Assembly (NCBI GenBank): GCA_001794935.1
Contig: MGLY01000019.1
Location: 7,030-36,974, forward strand
Reading direction: 5' to 3'
DNA length: 29,945 nucleotides
Origin: Chlamydiae bacterium RIFCSPHIGHO2_12_FULL_49_9
Lineage (GTDB): Bacteria > Chlamydiota > Chlamydiia > Chlamydiales > SM23-39
This document shows, piece by piece, positions 1-8,827 of the stretch; position 1 is the first letter of the stretch, and each line of letters opens with the position of its first letter. Below the pieces are notes generated by a model. It did no database searches and had not been told where the DNA came from. It saw only the letters and a list, made by a program, of their open reading frames with translations. The position numbers and the translations under genes were made by a program.

Positions 1-43
1 AGAGCGGATCGAGAAAGTAGCGGGAGAGCGGCTTTTTATCCAC
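1..43 (-). CDS. nqrD: Na(+)-translocating NADH:quinone reductase subunit D, 5' end only (runs off window)
   Basis: GTG at 43 overlaps the nqrC stop and reads MDKKPLSRYFLDPL, resembling the chlamydial NqrD N-terminus (..YFFDPLW..). It follows nqrC as expected. Confidence 0.8.
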   Translation of the reverse strand, partial: MDKKPLSRYFLDPL

Positions 44-911
44 TCGAAGCTCCCTTTGAAAGGCGAATCAGGAAAGGGCGATAGGGAGAGAGACAATCGG
101 CATAGGCGTCAGTCACTCCCTGGCCGGTCAGCGAGGCGCCGGAGATTCCGTCGACTGCGCTTTTTGTCTTGGGAGAGCCGGCGAGAACTTGGCTCACCTG
201 TCCCTTCACTACCGTGATGCCGAGAGGCGCCGTTTGAAAGTCAGTTGATCCCGAAGAGGGGGGCTGAAAAATGAGCTTGCCCCGAAACTGCTTTTGCCAG
301 GAGGGGAGAGAAATATCGGCCCCCAAGCCTGCCGTTTCCGCCTGTTGATACCAAGTGGCGCCGATCACCGTATCGCCGTCCGATTCGATTGCCAAATAGC
401 CGTAGATCGCATCCCAAAGACCAAACCCGTTGATGGGGATCGCGTATCCTTCGGGCTTTTCAGGAGTCTTTGTGTTGGGAAGAATTTGGTAGATGAGTTT
501 GAGCGGAAGATGGGCATAGCCCGTTTTTTGATTCGCCTGGAGATATTCGATGTAATTGATCTTCGCCTCTTCAAAAGAGATGAGATTGCTCTCGGAGTTT
601 ACGAGATAGGGCTTGATCCTCGCCTGATAGACGGCAAAGATTTCGTCTTGAGTCGGTTTCTGCGGATGATCTGTCGGGACGAGAATTCCCCGATCAAAGC
701 GGGCGGGCTTATAGCTGGTTCCATTTCGGATTTGAAAAAAATCGCCGTAGCTCAAAATTTGGGCGGCGCGGAGCATTTGAACATTTCGGTCGAGCTCTTT
801 GGCCTTTTCTTGGGGTTCCTTCAGGGCGCTTGCCAAGGTCGAGAGGAGAAGCGCTGAGACAAAGCAGATGATAAAGACAAAGCGGAGGGTGCGAAATGTT
901 TCAGATGACAC
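36..911 (-). CDS. nqrC: Na(+)-NQR subunit C
   Basis: N-terminal TM helix, INGFGLWDAIYGYLA, HQ/QQAETAGLG-type motif and flavinylation motif VDGISGASLT. Start chosen at GTG 911 (GGAG upstream, overlaps nqrB stop); ATG 971 is an alternative. Confidence 0.93.
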   Translation of the reverse strand: MSSETFRTLRFVFIICFVSALLLSTLASALKEPQEKAKELDRNVQMLRAAQILSYGDFFQIRNGTSYKPARFDRGILVPTDHPQKPTQDEIFAVYQARIKPYLVNSESNLISFEEAKINYIEYLQANQKTGYAHLPLKLIYQILPNTKTPEKPEGYAIPINGFGLWDAIYGYLAIESDGDTVIGATWYQQAETAGLGADISLPSWQKQFRGKLIFQPPSSGSTDFQTAPLGITVVKGQVSQVLAGSPKTKSAVDGISGASLTGQGVTDAYADCLSPYRPFLIRLSKGASSG

Positions 912-2349
912 GCCATCTCCTTTTTCTATAAGCTTTTGCGGCGTAAATATCGAGAAGCGGGGAGAAGACATTGGCAAAAAGGATTGCCAGCATCACCCCT
1001 TCCGGATAGGCGGGGTTGATCATTCGGATGATGATTGTGAGCATCCCAATCAGAAAGCCGTAGATCCACTTCGCCGAGTTCATGGCAGGACTCGACACCG
1101 GGTCTGTCGCCATAAAGACAAGGCCAAAGGCAAGTCCCCCGAGAAGAAAGTGCTTATAGATAGGGAAATCAAAATTCGCCGGGTTCCAGGCTCCTCCCAT
1201 TGGGCCGATGAGATGGGAGCCGAGTTGGAAAAGAAGCGAGGTGAATAGCGCGCCAAAAATGACAGCGAGCATCGTTCGCCATGAGCCGATCCCGACAAAG
1301 ATTAAAAATAGGGCGCCGAGAAGGCATGCGAGAACAGAAACTTCTCCGAGAGAGCCGAGCTTATTGCCCAAAAAGAGATTCCAGTCGCTAAGATGTCCAA
1401 CGCCATATTTGAGCTGAGCAAATTGTTGAGCCGAGAGAAATCCATCACTGCTCAAACCCAATCCCCCCGCATCGATCGGCGCAGTTGAAAATTTTTGGAG
1501 GAGCTCATCGCTTAAGCTGCCCAAAGAGTTTACTCCGCCATTCCACTTTTGAAACTGGCTCTGAATGAGATCTCCCGTCAAAACCGGTTCGTGAAAATCG
1601 TTGAGCGCAATCGCATCGATGTGGATTCTCTTTACATCTGACGATGCGTGGAAAAGGGAAAGGGCCGATGGCTGCGAATAGCCGTCGATAGGGGAGAGCC
1701 CCGCCGCCTGATTCATCTTTAAAAGACTTGTCTTCACGGTCCAAAGATTTTTGCCGGCCCAAACTTCTCCTGTCATATAGGCGGGAAAGGCAAAATAGAG
1801 AAAGCATCTGCAGGTGAGCGCCGGATTTAAAATATTCATGCCCGTTCCGCCAAAGAGCTCCTTGCCGATTACAATGCCCGCTGAAATGCCCGCTGCCGCC
1901 ATCCAGTAGGGGATCGTCGGCGGCAAAATGAGGGGGTACAAAATGCCGGATACGAGAAATCCCTCTGCGATTTCGTGCTTGCGGAGGATGGCAAAGAGAG
2001 CCTCCCAAAAACCGCCGACCGCATAGGAGATAAAGACAAGGGGCAAAAAGATCGAGAGTCCCTCATACAAGATGGCGCTTGCATGCATGGATGCAAAACT
2101 CCAGTAGCCTCCCCAGGACTTCGATGCCTCTAAATAGGCGTCCATGAGCTTGTAGTCGCCGCTTGAATAGACAACCGATTGGATGCCTGCATTCCAAATC
2201 GCGACGAGAATGCAGGGAAAGAGCGCAATGACGACGAGAATCATCCACCTTTTTACATCCACTGCATCGCGGATGTGGGGCGCGCGTCTTGTTTGTGTTG
2301 GAACCGAGGCGAAAAAGCTGTCAATTGCGTTGAGAAGCGGTTTGAACAT
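901..2349 (-). CDS. nqrB: Na(+)-NQR subunit B (chlamydial long form)
   Basis: PHIRDAVDVKRWMILV, KELFGGTGMNILNPAL, GSLGEVS, MATDPVS and YPEGVMLAILFANVFSPL are NqrB/RnfD motifs. Confidence 0.97.
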   Translation of the reverse strand: MFKPLLNAIDSFFASVPTQTRRAPHIRDAVDVKRWMILVVIALFPCILVAIWNAGIQSVVYSSGDYKLMDAYLEASKSWGGYWSFASMHASAILYEGLSIFLPLVFISYAVGGFWEALFAILRKHEIAEGFLVSGILYPLILPPTIPYWMAAAGISAGIVIGKELFGGTGMNILNPALTCRCFLYFAFPAYMTGEVWAGKNLWTVKTSLLKMNQAAGLSPIDGYSQPSALSLFHASSDVKRIHIDAIALNDFHEPVLTGDLIQSQFQKWNGGVNSLGSLSDELLQKFSTAPIDAGGLGLSSDGFLSAQQFAQLKYGVGHLSDWNLFLGNKLGSLGEVSVLACLLGALFLIFVGIGSWRTMLAVIFGALFTSLLFQLGSHLIGPMGGAWNPANFDFPIYKHFLLGGLAFGLVFMATDPVSSPAMNSAKWIYGFLIGMLTIIIRMINPAYPEGVMLAILFANVFSPLLDIYAAKAYRKRRWRVI

Positions 2350-2423
2350 GCAATTGAGCGTATCGGACTCAACTTATTTTTTGCAACGGAGAGAAAAAGC
2401 TCTGTTTGCATATACTGCAAGAT

Positions 2424-5400
2424 ATGGCGAGATATCGAGTTTTTGGTTTTTTGGGAGCGACGCTTTTTTTGTGCGCTGTTTTCTTTCAGCCGATTGCAAA
2501 AACACTTGTTGGCGTTAGCGTCAGATCGGCGCTGAAATGGAACGGTTGTGGGTTTGCCTACAGGTCCATTGAGTTTGAAAAGGGACGCGTCGTCTTTAAT
2601 GAGCCTGTTCTCTTCGATCAGGCGGGCGAAAAGTCGGCCTTTCACGCAAGAGCAGAAAAAGCGTCGCTCCTTTTTGATTTTTCTCACTTTCCCAAAAAGC
2701 TCAAAGGGTGTCTCAATATCGAATCTCCCACTGTGAGTCTCCTCTCGCCGTGCATTGGAAATGGGAAGAGGAGCGGTTGGTTTGACCTTCAGGTCGATGT
2801 GCGAGATGGGACTGTGGAATGGCCGGGATTGGAGAGGGCGCAGTTCTGGTATGAGAAGGGGGCCGCAAATCAGGTGGGCAAGCTCAAACTCCGGTGGACC
2901 GATTCGGATCTTTGCCTGGAGGCCATCGAGGAGAGTTCGGGATGGAAAGTCGATCTCGACTTAAAAGAGATCAAAGCTCCATCGTTGCAGTCTCTGATTC
3001 GTTTTTACGCGCCCGACCCATTTCAACAAGTGGAGATCGTGGACGGGACTCTCAGCGGCTCTATTTTCCTCGTTTTAAAAGAGGGAGCCGTTTCTGAGAC
3101 CTCCTGCCGGCTTGAGACAAAAAATCTGAAAATAAAGACCGATCAGTTTGAGCTCTTTTCCATCGATGCCGACTGTGAGTGGGAAGGACCTGTTAAAGGG
3201 TGCACTGAGGGAAGACTTTTGGGCGATTTTCTCCCTTTTGCAGAAGATGGCAGGCTGAGAGTTTCCATAAACGGGCTCAATTTCGAGTCGAATGGATCTT
3301 CTCTTGAAGGTTTAAGAGGAGAGATTTCTTACAACCCCGGCATGGGCGCCAGGTGGGAAATCGAGTCGGTCGGATTTTCTCGAGGGACACAGTTTCCGTT
3401 CCGGTGGGAAGGGCGCGGTTATTTTCACAAGGAAATGGACAACTGGCTCGAATCAAGGGCATTTTTTGGAGATGCATCGGAAGTGCTCTTTGAAGGGAGA
3501 GAGCAAGGGAAGGAGAGGAGCTGGACGGTCAATTGCAGATCTTTGAGCTCTTCTATGGGAACTCTTTTGCAAGCTCTTTTATCCACTCAATTTGACTGCG
3601 CGTCGATCGAGTTTTTAGAAGGGACTTTGAGCGCCAATGCCCAAGTTTATCTCAAAGAAGACGCGATTTCTTTTTGGACGGCGCCCCACTTTGCTATTGA
3701 GGGGGCTGACTTTCGAGCGGGCGATTTTTGCTTTAGCTGTCAAAAAACGGAAGGAAAAGCTTCCCTCGACGGCGGCGAGGTGGCTCTTGTCTCAGGGGCT
3801 ATGGAAGCTCCCCTTCTCAAGGGAGCTGACTGGAACGGGACATGTAAATGGGAGGGGGGGGTGATGAGCCTCTCCCATTTTACAGGGAAGATAGAGGATG
3901 TTGAGGTCAGTTTAGATATTGAAGGGGCCCTTAACTGTTGGAAGCTGAATGCCGATCTCAAAGGCGCTCTTTGTGGAAAAGTGGCTTCCCGCTTGGCCCT
4001 TCAGGGAAAAAAACTTCAGTTCACAGTTGAAAATGGCTCTTTGGAGGGGCTCGAGTTTAAAGGGGCCGGCTGGTTTGAAAACGGTGTTTTTGCATTCGCA
4101 AGCGATGAGTTTCATGGAAAAATTGACTGGCTCTCTCGCTTCCATGAGGATTTTGACTGCGTAGGGCGAGTGGCCTCTTTTGAAAAGGGGTTTTTTGTCG
4201 AGGGAAACCGCTCTTTTTATAACTGGTCGCTGCAGGCCAAAATCGAAGAAGCAAAGGGGAATCTTTTTCCTGAAACGGGCTTTGAAAATCTGAAGATGGA
4301 GATTTTTGCAGAGCCCAACTTCCTCGCCTTTTATGGGATTGAAGCAGATCTCGTTATTCCTCAGGGAAGAATCAAAATTGAGTCTCCCGGTTTACGCAAA
4401 GTAGGCTCTGATTGGGACTTCGATGTGCGCTGCAAGGGGAAAAACTGGGATCCGATCCGCCTTGCGGGGTCATACCTTGGAGAAAAAGTTCAAATCGATT
4501 CGAAAAAAAGTCACTTTTTTGGAGCCCCTTTCCACATCGAGGAGTTCGATCTCGAACCGAACGGCGATGTTGCCCGTTTCGACGGAAGAGTCGAGTTTCC
4601 CTGGAGCTCAGCTCAAGCGGGAAGCTCTTTTTTTAAACAGCTCTCGATTGGGACTTGTTTAGATCTTCCCTTCGATGGAACGCTCGCCCTTCAAATCCAT
4701 TATGCGAAAGAGGGGGGATCGGAAGTTTCATTAGAGGCTCTCAATGCGAGCTGGAAGGGCAAACCGATCTGTTTGAATATGCACGGAGTTGAAAAGGAAG
4801 GGCTTTGGGAAGTAGATCGATTCGATTGCGCCGACTTTTCCGCTTCTTTTTCTCTGGAAAAAGAGGGGAAGGATTTCCACATTCAGGCGGGCAAGGGAAG
4901 CTTGGGAGAGGGGCTTGAAACCGAGTTTAGCGGCAAAGTAGGCCTCAATGATTTAACCAATATGGCGATCCACTGCTCTTTTAGACTCGAAAAAATGGAG
5001 CTCGATCTCTTTGAGATGAATTCGATGATTCCGATCGGAGGCCTTGAGGGGATCTTGCGCGGCAACGGGCATATCGCCTATAGCGGAAAGTGGGAAGCCG
5101 ATTTAGATTTTTCAGCCGAGAATTTAAAGGCAGGTCCTCTCGAGTTGGAAAATCAGGGGCCGATCCATCTTTATTGCTCATCTGAAAAGGGGATTTTTTT
5201 CAGCGGACTTGATCTTTTGGTTGCGAAAGAACCGGTCAATTGCAAGATTGAGCTCCTCCAATACGATACAGCGCGCTCCCACTGGATTTTTAAAAGATCC
5301 CACATGCATCTTCCGGCCGATTTTCTTGCCTCTTTTTTCAATCGGGGCCCCGCTTTTCTCAAAGCTCTCGATCCGGAGCACGATCTCGATTTCATCGCGG

Positions 5401-6620
5401 ATTTTGACTGCGCCTCCGATTTTTCTTGCCTGAATGGCGTGATGCAAGAGGGTTTTATCCCGATCGGGGGCGCGGTGCGCCACATTCAAAACCTGGAGCT
5501 CGTCTGGGATAAAAGGGGAACGATCTCTCTCGACTACATCCACCAGGGCAATTTAATCAAGATGGGACTCGACATCGCCTTTTCTCCCCAGATCGAGGGG
5601 CGCCTTACATTGGAAGATAGGCAAAATCCTCTTCAAGAGGGGGAAAGGGCGCTCACAATCGACTGGAAGTATGTAGAGAATAAAGGCGTCTCAATTGAGG
5701 CAATCGAGGGAATCTTTGGCGGGATCGACGCCTCTTTTCATGCGCAGAACGTAAATCGGCTGATTGGAAGCGCAAGGGTGAATTTCGAAGCGCTTGCTCC
5801 CTTTTTGCCTCCCGATGTAGCAGTTGTGTTCCAAGATCTCAAAATGGGCAAAGGCTATGAGCTAAAAGGGCATTTGGCTATTGATCGGCTCAGCTGCTCT
5901 TTTAGGGGAATTTTGAGCGGCAAGCAAATCGATCTTTTCGGCTATCAGTTTAGAACGCTTCTGGCGCAAGTGGATCTCGGCGCTGAAAAAATGCGTATCT
6001 ACGATCTCAAAATCAGCGACAGCTCCGGGACGATGAAAATCGACGATATCGTTTTAGAGGGAAAGGAAAATATCCCCTGGACGATCTCGATTCCTCAAAT
6101 TGCGATCCGCGAGTTTCGCCCAAGTCTTCTTCAAAAGCCGGGCGAGGCGCTGGGGCAGGTTGGCCCGCTTGTCGTGCGCGAGCTGAAGATCGTCGACTTC
6201 AAGGGACTTTTAGATGACGGCAGCACCTATATGGCAAAAGGGCAGCTCAACTTCATCAACTCGTTTAAAAGAGAGCATACCGTCTTCGATATTCCCTCAG
6301 ATGTCTTGAGCCGCATCGTCGGACTCGATCTCGATCTCCTCATTCCCGTCAGGGGGACGCTTTCCTATGAGCTCAAGGACGGACTTTTTCGCTTTACGGA
6401 GCTCAAGGGCGCATTTAGCGAAGGGGAGAGATCGGAGTTTTTCTTAGTCAGCGATGGGCTCTCTCCCTGCATGGACTTGGACGGCAATTTAAAGATTTTT
6501 GTTCAGATGAAGCAGTTTGTTCTATTCAAACTGACAGAGGCGTTTTTAATCTCGATTGACGGCACTCTCGACGATCCCAAATTCCATCTGCAGAAAAAGC
6601 GGGGCTTTTTAGGACTGTGA
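2424..6620 (+). CDS. Large (1398 aa) membrane-anchored beta-rich protein, AsmA/YhdP-like C-terminus
   Basis: ATG 2424. A single N-terminal hydrophobic helix is followed by long amphipathic beta-strand-like sequence, and the C-terminal ISIDGTLDDPKF resembles the AsmA-like terminal motif. The coding call is strong; the family is inferred. Confidence 0.6.
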   Translation: MARYRVFGFLGATLFLCAVFFQPIAKTLVGVSVRSALKWNGCGFAYRSIEFEKGRVVFNEPVLFDQAGEKSAFHARAEKASLLFDFSHFPKKLKGCLNIESPTVSLLSPCIGNGKRSGWFDLQVDVRDGTVEWPGLERAQFWYEKGAANQVGKLKLRWTDSDLCLEAIEESSGWKVDLDLKEIKAPSLQSLIRFYAPDPFQQVEIVDGTLSGSIFLVLKEGAVSETSCRLETKNLKIKTDQFELFSIDADCEWEGPVKGCTEGRLLGDFLPFAEDGRLRVSINGLNFESNGSSLEGLRGEISYNPGMGARWEIESVGFSRGTQFPFRWEGRGYFHKEMDNWLESRAFFGDASEVLFEGREQGKERSWTVNCRSLSSSMGTLLQALLSTQFDCASIEFLEGTLSANAQVYLKEDAISFWTAPHFAIEGADFRAGDFCFSCQKTEGKASLDGGEVALVSGAMEAPLLKGADWNGTCKWEGGVMSLSHFTGKIEDVEVSLDIEGALNCWKLNADLKGALCGKVASRLALQGKKLQFTVENGSLEGLEFKGAGWFENGVFAFASDEFHGKIDWLSRFHEDFDCVGRVASFEKGFFVEGNRSFYNWSLQAKIEEAKGNLFPETGFENLKMEIFAEPNFLAFYGIEADLVIPQGRIKIESPGLRKVGSDWDFDVRCKGKNWDPIRLAGSYLGEKVQIDSKKSHFFGAPFHIEEFDLEPNGDVARFDGRVEFPWSSAQAGSSFFKQLSIGTCLDLPFDGTLALQIHYAKEGGSEVSLEALNASWKGKPICLNMHGVEKEGLWEVDRFDCADFSASFSLEKEGKDFHIQAGKGSLGEGLETEFSGKVGLNDLTNMAIHCSFRLEKMELDLFEMNSMIPIGGLEGILRGNGHIAYSGKWEADLDFSAENLKAGPLELENQGPIHLYCSSEKGIFFSGLDLLVAKEPVNCKIELLQYDTARSHWIFKRSHMHLPADFLASFFNRGPAFLKALDPEHDLDFIADFDCASDFSCLNGVMQEGFIPIGGAVRHIQNLELVWDKRGTISLDYIHQGNLIKMGLDIAFSPQIEGRLTLEDRQNPLQEGERALTIDWKYVENKGVSIEAIEGIFGGIDASFHAQNVNRLIGSARVNFEALAPFLPPDVAVVFQDLKMGKGYELKGHLAIDRLSCSFRGILSGKQIDLFGYQFRTLLAQVDLGAEKMRIYDLKISDSSGTMKIDDIVLEGKENIPWTISIPQIAIREFRPSLLQKPGEALGQVGPLVVRELKIVDFKGLLDDGSTYMAKGQLNFINSFKREHTVFDIPSDVLSRIVGLDLDLLIPVRGTLSYELKDGLFRFTELKGAFSEGERSEFFLVSDGLSPCMDLDGNLKIFVQMKQFVLFKLTEAFLISIDGTLDDPKFHLQKKRGFLGL

Positions 6621-7231
6621 AACCTATTTTTAATTTGATTCTCGATTTTCTCTTTCCTCCTCTCTGTCTTTCTTGCAGCGAGAAAGTGGAGACGAAATTT
6701 CTTTGCCCTGCTTGCTGGGAGCTGTGCGCGCTGCCCGATCCGATTGAGCGGTGCCGCCACTGCTTTGAAGAGCTCGAAGAGGGGAGGGGAATGTGCGGAG
6801 AGTGTATGAAAGAGCCTCTGATAAAGACTCCAAGAGCTTTCGTTTTCGATAGAGGAGCTCCCATCCGCTTTAAGGTAGATCAGTTGGAGGGGTTTGCCGC
6901 TTTCATGATCTATCAGTGGATTCAGCTCGATTTGACATTGCCTGATTGGGTGATTCCGATGCCGGATCCGATTTCAAAAAAACTGGCCAAGGAGATCGCA
7001 AAAAGCCTTAGTGTTCGCTACGGCGAGCTCCTTCAGGAAAAAGGAGGAGAGATCAAGCTGAGAAAGGAATTGGAGGAGGATCTCGATCTTCTCCTCATCG
7101 ATTATTTAAGTCCGCTTTCCTGGCTTGACGGAGCGAGCTCGGCGATTTCTGTCTTGATGCCAAAGAGGGCTTTACTCCTCTCCCTTTTTCGAAACACATC
7201 GTCCCAGCCGGCCTGTCCCATAAACTCGTAG
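6617..7231 (+). CDS. ComF-family protein (double zinc ribbon + degenerate PRTase domain)
   Basis: LDFLFPPLCLSC..CPAC..CRHC..CGEC double zinc ribbon. The GTG start overlaps the upstream TGA. The PRPP-binding motif is degenerate (LLIDYLSP). Confidence 0.8.
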   Translation: MKPIFNLILDFLFPPLCLSCSEKVETKFLCPACWELCALPDPIERCRHCFEELEEGRGMCGECMKEPLIKTPRAFVFDRGAPIRFKVDQLEGFAAFMIYQWIQLDLTLPDWVIPMPDPISKKLAKEIAKSLSVRYGELLQEKGGEIKLRKELEEDLDLLLIDYLSPLSWLDGASSAISVLMPKRALLLSLFRNTSSQPACPINS

Positions 7232-7821
7232 CCTTTTGAGGCCAAAAAATATCTGATCTTCGATTCGTTAAAATTGTTTTCCACCTCGATGATCTCGATA
7301 TCGAATTTTTCAAAATCGATCGATTGGAGGATTTCAAATTCTCCTCCCTCCGTGTCCAGGCTTAAATAATCGACGTGGAAATAGCCGTTCTTTTCCAAAA
7401 TGTCATTCAATAAAAAGCACTCGACTGCAATCACATCGCAGCTATTGGTCGGAGCAGAATAGATTTCCGTGAGGGCTCGCCCTAAATGGGTAGGGTCATA
7501 GTAGTCGAGAAGCCCGCTCAGCATTTCCGGATAGCCTTTGATTCTCAAAAAGCGGCCTGTTCCCGCCTTATCCGAGATGCAGCCTTTGACACAGATGGAG
7601 GATCGATTTTTTTTGAGCTCTTCAAACACTTCGGGGATCGGCTCGATGCAAATCCCTTCCCAGCCGAGCTCTTCAAAGAATTTGGTATTGCTGAAAGTAA
7701 TTCCGTCATGCGCTCCAATGTCTATAAAAATACCCTTCGGTTTTTCTTTGAAGAAGCTCTCATAGATGTACTGATCTTGTCCGCACTGGCTGTAGAACGT
7801 AAGTAGGAGGATTGGAATCAT
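7102..7821 (-). CDS. FkbM-family SAM methyltransferase
   Basis: YSQCGQD, FIDIGAHDGITFSNT, GWEGICIEP, VDYLSLDTEGGEFEILQSIDF, IIEVENN. Start at ATG 7821 because longer starts overlap the divergent gene. Confidence 0.9.
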   Translation of the reverse strand: MIPILLLTFYSQCGQDQYIYESFFKEKPKGIFIDIGAHDGITFSNTKFFEELGWEGICIEPIPEVFEELKKNRSSICVKGCISDKAGTGRFLRIKGYPEMLSGLLDYYDPTHLGRALTEIYSAPTNSCDVIAVECFLLNDILEKNGYFHVDYLSLDTEGGEFEILQSIDFEKFDIEIIEVENNFNESKIRYFLASKGYEFMGQAGWDDVFRKRERSKALFGIKTEIAELAPSSQESGLK

Positions 7822-7858
7822 GCTTTTCCAAAAATGGGATTTGGCGTAGCATGCTGCC

Positions 7859-8827
7859 ATGCTTTTGATTATTTTTGCACTGATTGTCACTTTTGTCCTC
7901 TTTTCCAAAGGGTTTCGGATCGTGCCTCAACAAGAGGTTTGGATTGTCCAAAGACTCGGCAAGTTCAATCGCAGATTGGAGCCTGGACTCAATTGGACGA
8001 TCCCTTTTGTCGATGAGGTGGCCTATCGCCACTCTTTGAAAGAGGAGGCGATCGACGTCCCTGAGCAAATGGCGATCACTCAGGACAACGTAAGCGTTGT
8101 TCTCGACGGGATTGTCTACGTCAAAATCGTAGATCCCTCTGCAGCCTCCTATGGCGTCAAGAATCCCGTTTATGCATTGACTCAGCTCGTTCAGACAACC
8201 ATGCGATCAGAGATTGGAAAGATCCCTCTTGACAAGACGTTTGAAGAGAGAGAATCGCTCAATGCTCAAATTGTAGAGGCGATCAATGAAGCGGCCGTTT
8301 CCTGGGGCATCCGGTGTCTTCGCTACGAAATCCGCGACATTAAGATGCCCGCTGAGATCAGCAAAGCGATGGAGCTCCAAATGACAGCCGAGAGGCAAAA
8401 AAGAGCGCGCATCCTCGAGTCAGAAGGGCTGCGTCAGGCGCACATCAACGAATCGGAAGGGCAGCGCCAGTCTCAAATCAATATCGCCGAAGGGATGCGG
8501 GAGAAAACAGTCCTTGAATCAGAGGGAGCCCGCATTGCCAGAAGCAATCTCGCCAAAGGGGAGGCGGAAGCGATTTTTGCCCTCGCTGAAGCAGCAGCTT
8601 TGGGAATTGAGCGGGTTGCGAGTGCGCTTTCCCATGAATCTGCCGATAAGGCGGCTTCTTTACAGATCGCAGAAAAGTATGTAGAGGCGTTTCGCCATCT
8701 CGCCAAAGAGACCAATACGGTCATCTTGCCGTCCAATCTCCAGCATCCTGGCTCGATGGTGGCGGAGGCGATGTCGATCTACGACGCAGTCAAGAGAAAG
8801 CAACCCTCTCAACTCGCCGGCAAATGA
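7859..8827 (+). CDS. SPFH/band-7 stomatin-like protein, SLP-2/paraslipin type
   Basis: VPQQEVWIVQRLGKF, QLVQTTMRSEIGK, WGIRCLRYEIRDI, AERQKRARILESEG and C-terminal AEKYVEAFRHLAKETNTVILPSN (Band_7_C-like). Confidence 0.93.
   Translation: MLLIIFALIVTFVLFSKGFRIVPQQEVWIVQRLGKFNRRLEPGLNWTIPFVDEVAYRHSLKEEAIDVPEQMAITQDNVSVVLDGIVYVKIVDPSAASYGVKNPVYALTQLVQTTMRSEIGKIPLDKTFEERESLNAQIVEAINEAAVSWGIRCLRYEIRDIKMPAEISKAMELQMTAERQKRARILESEGLRQAHINESEGQRQSQINIAEGMREKTVLESEGARIARSNLAKGEAEAIFALAEAAALGIERVASALSHESADKAASLQIAEKYVEAFRHLAKETNTVILPSNLQHPGSMVAEAMSIYDAVKRKQPSQLAGK

Noticed and set aside
294-1417. Long plus-strand ORFs (187, 149, 69 aa) over nqrC/nqrB
   Set aside because: Antisense shadows of well-supported nqr genes.
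1480-1740. About 90-aa insertion in NqrB relative to Vibrio
   Set aside because: Chlamydial NqrB proteins are known to be the long form with an insertion here, so it is not novel.
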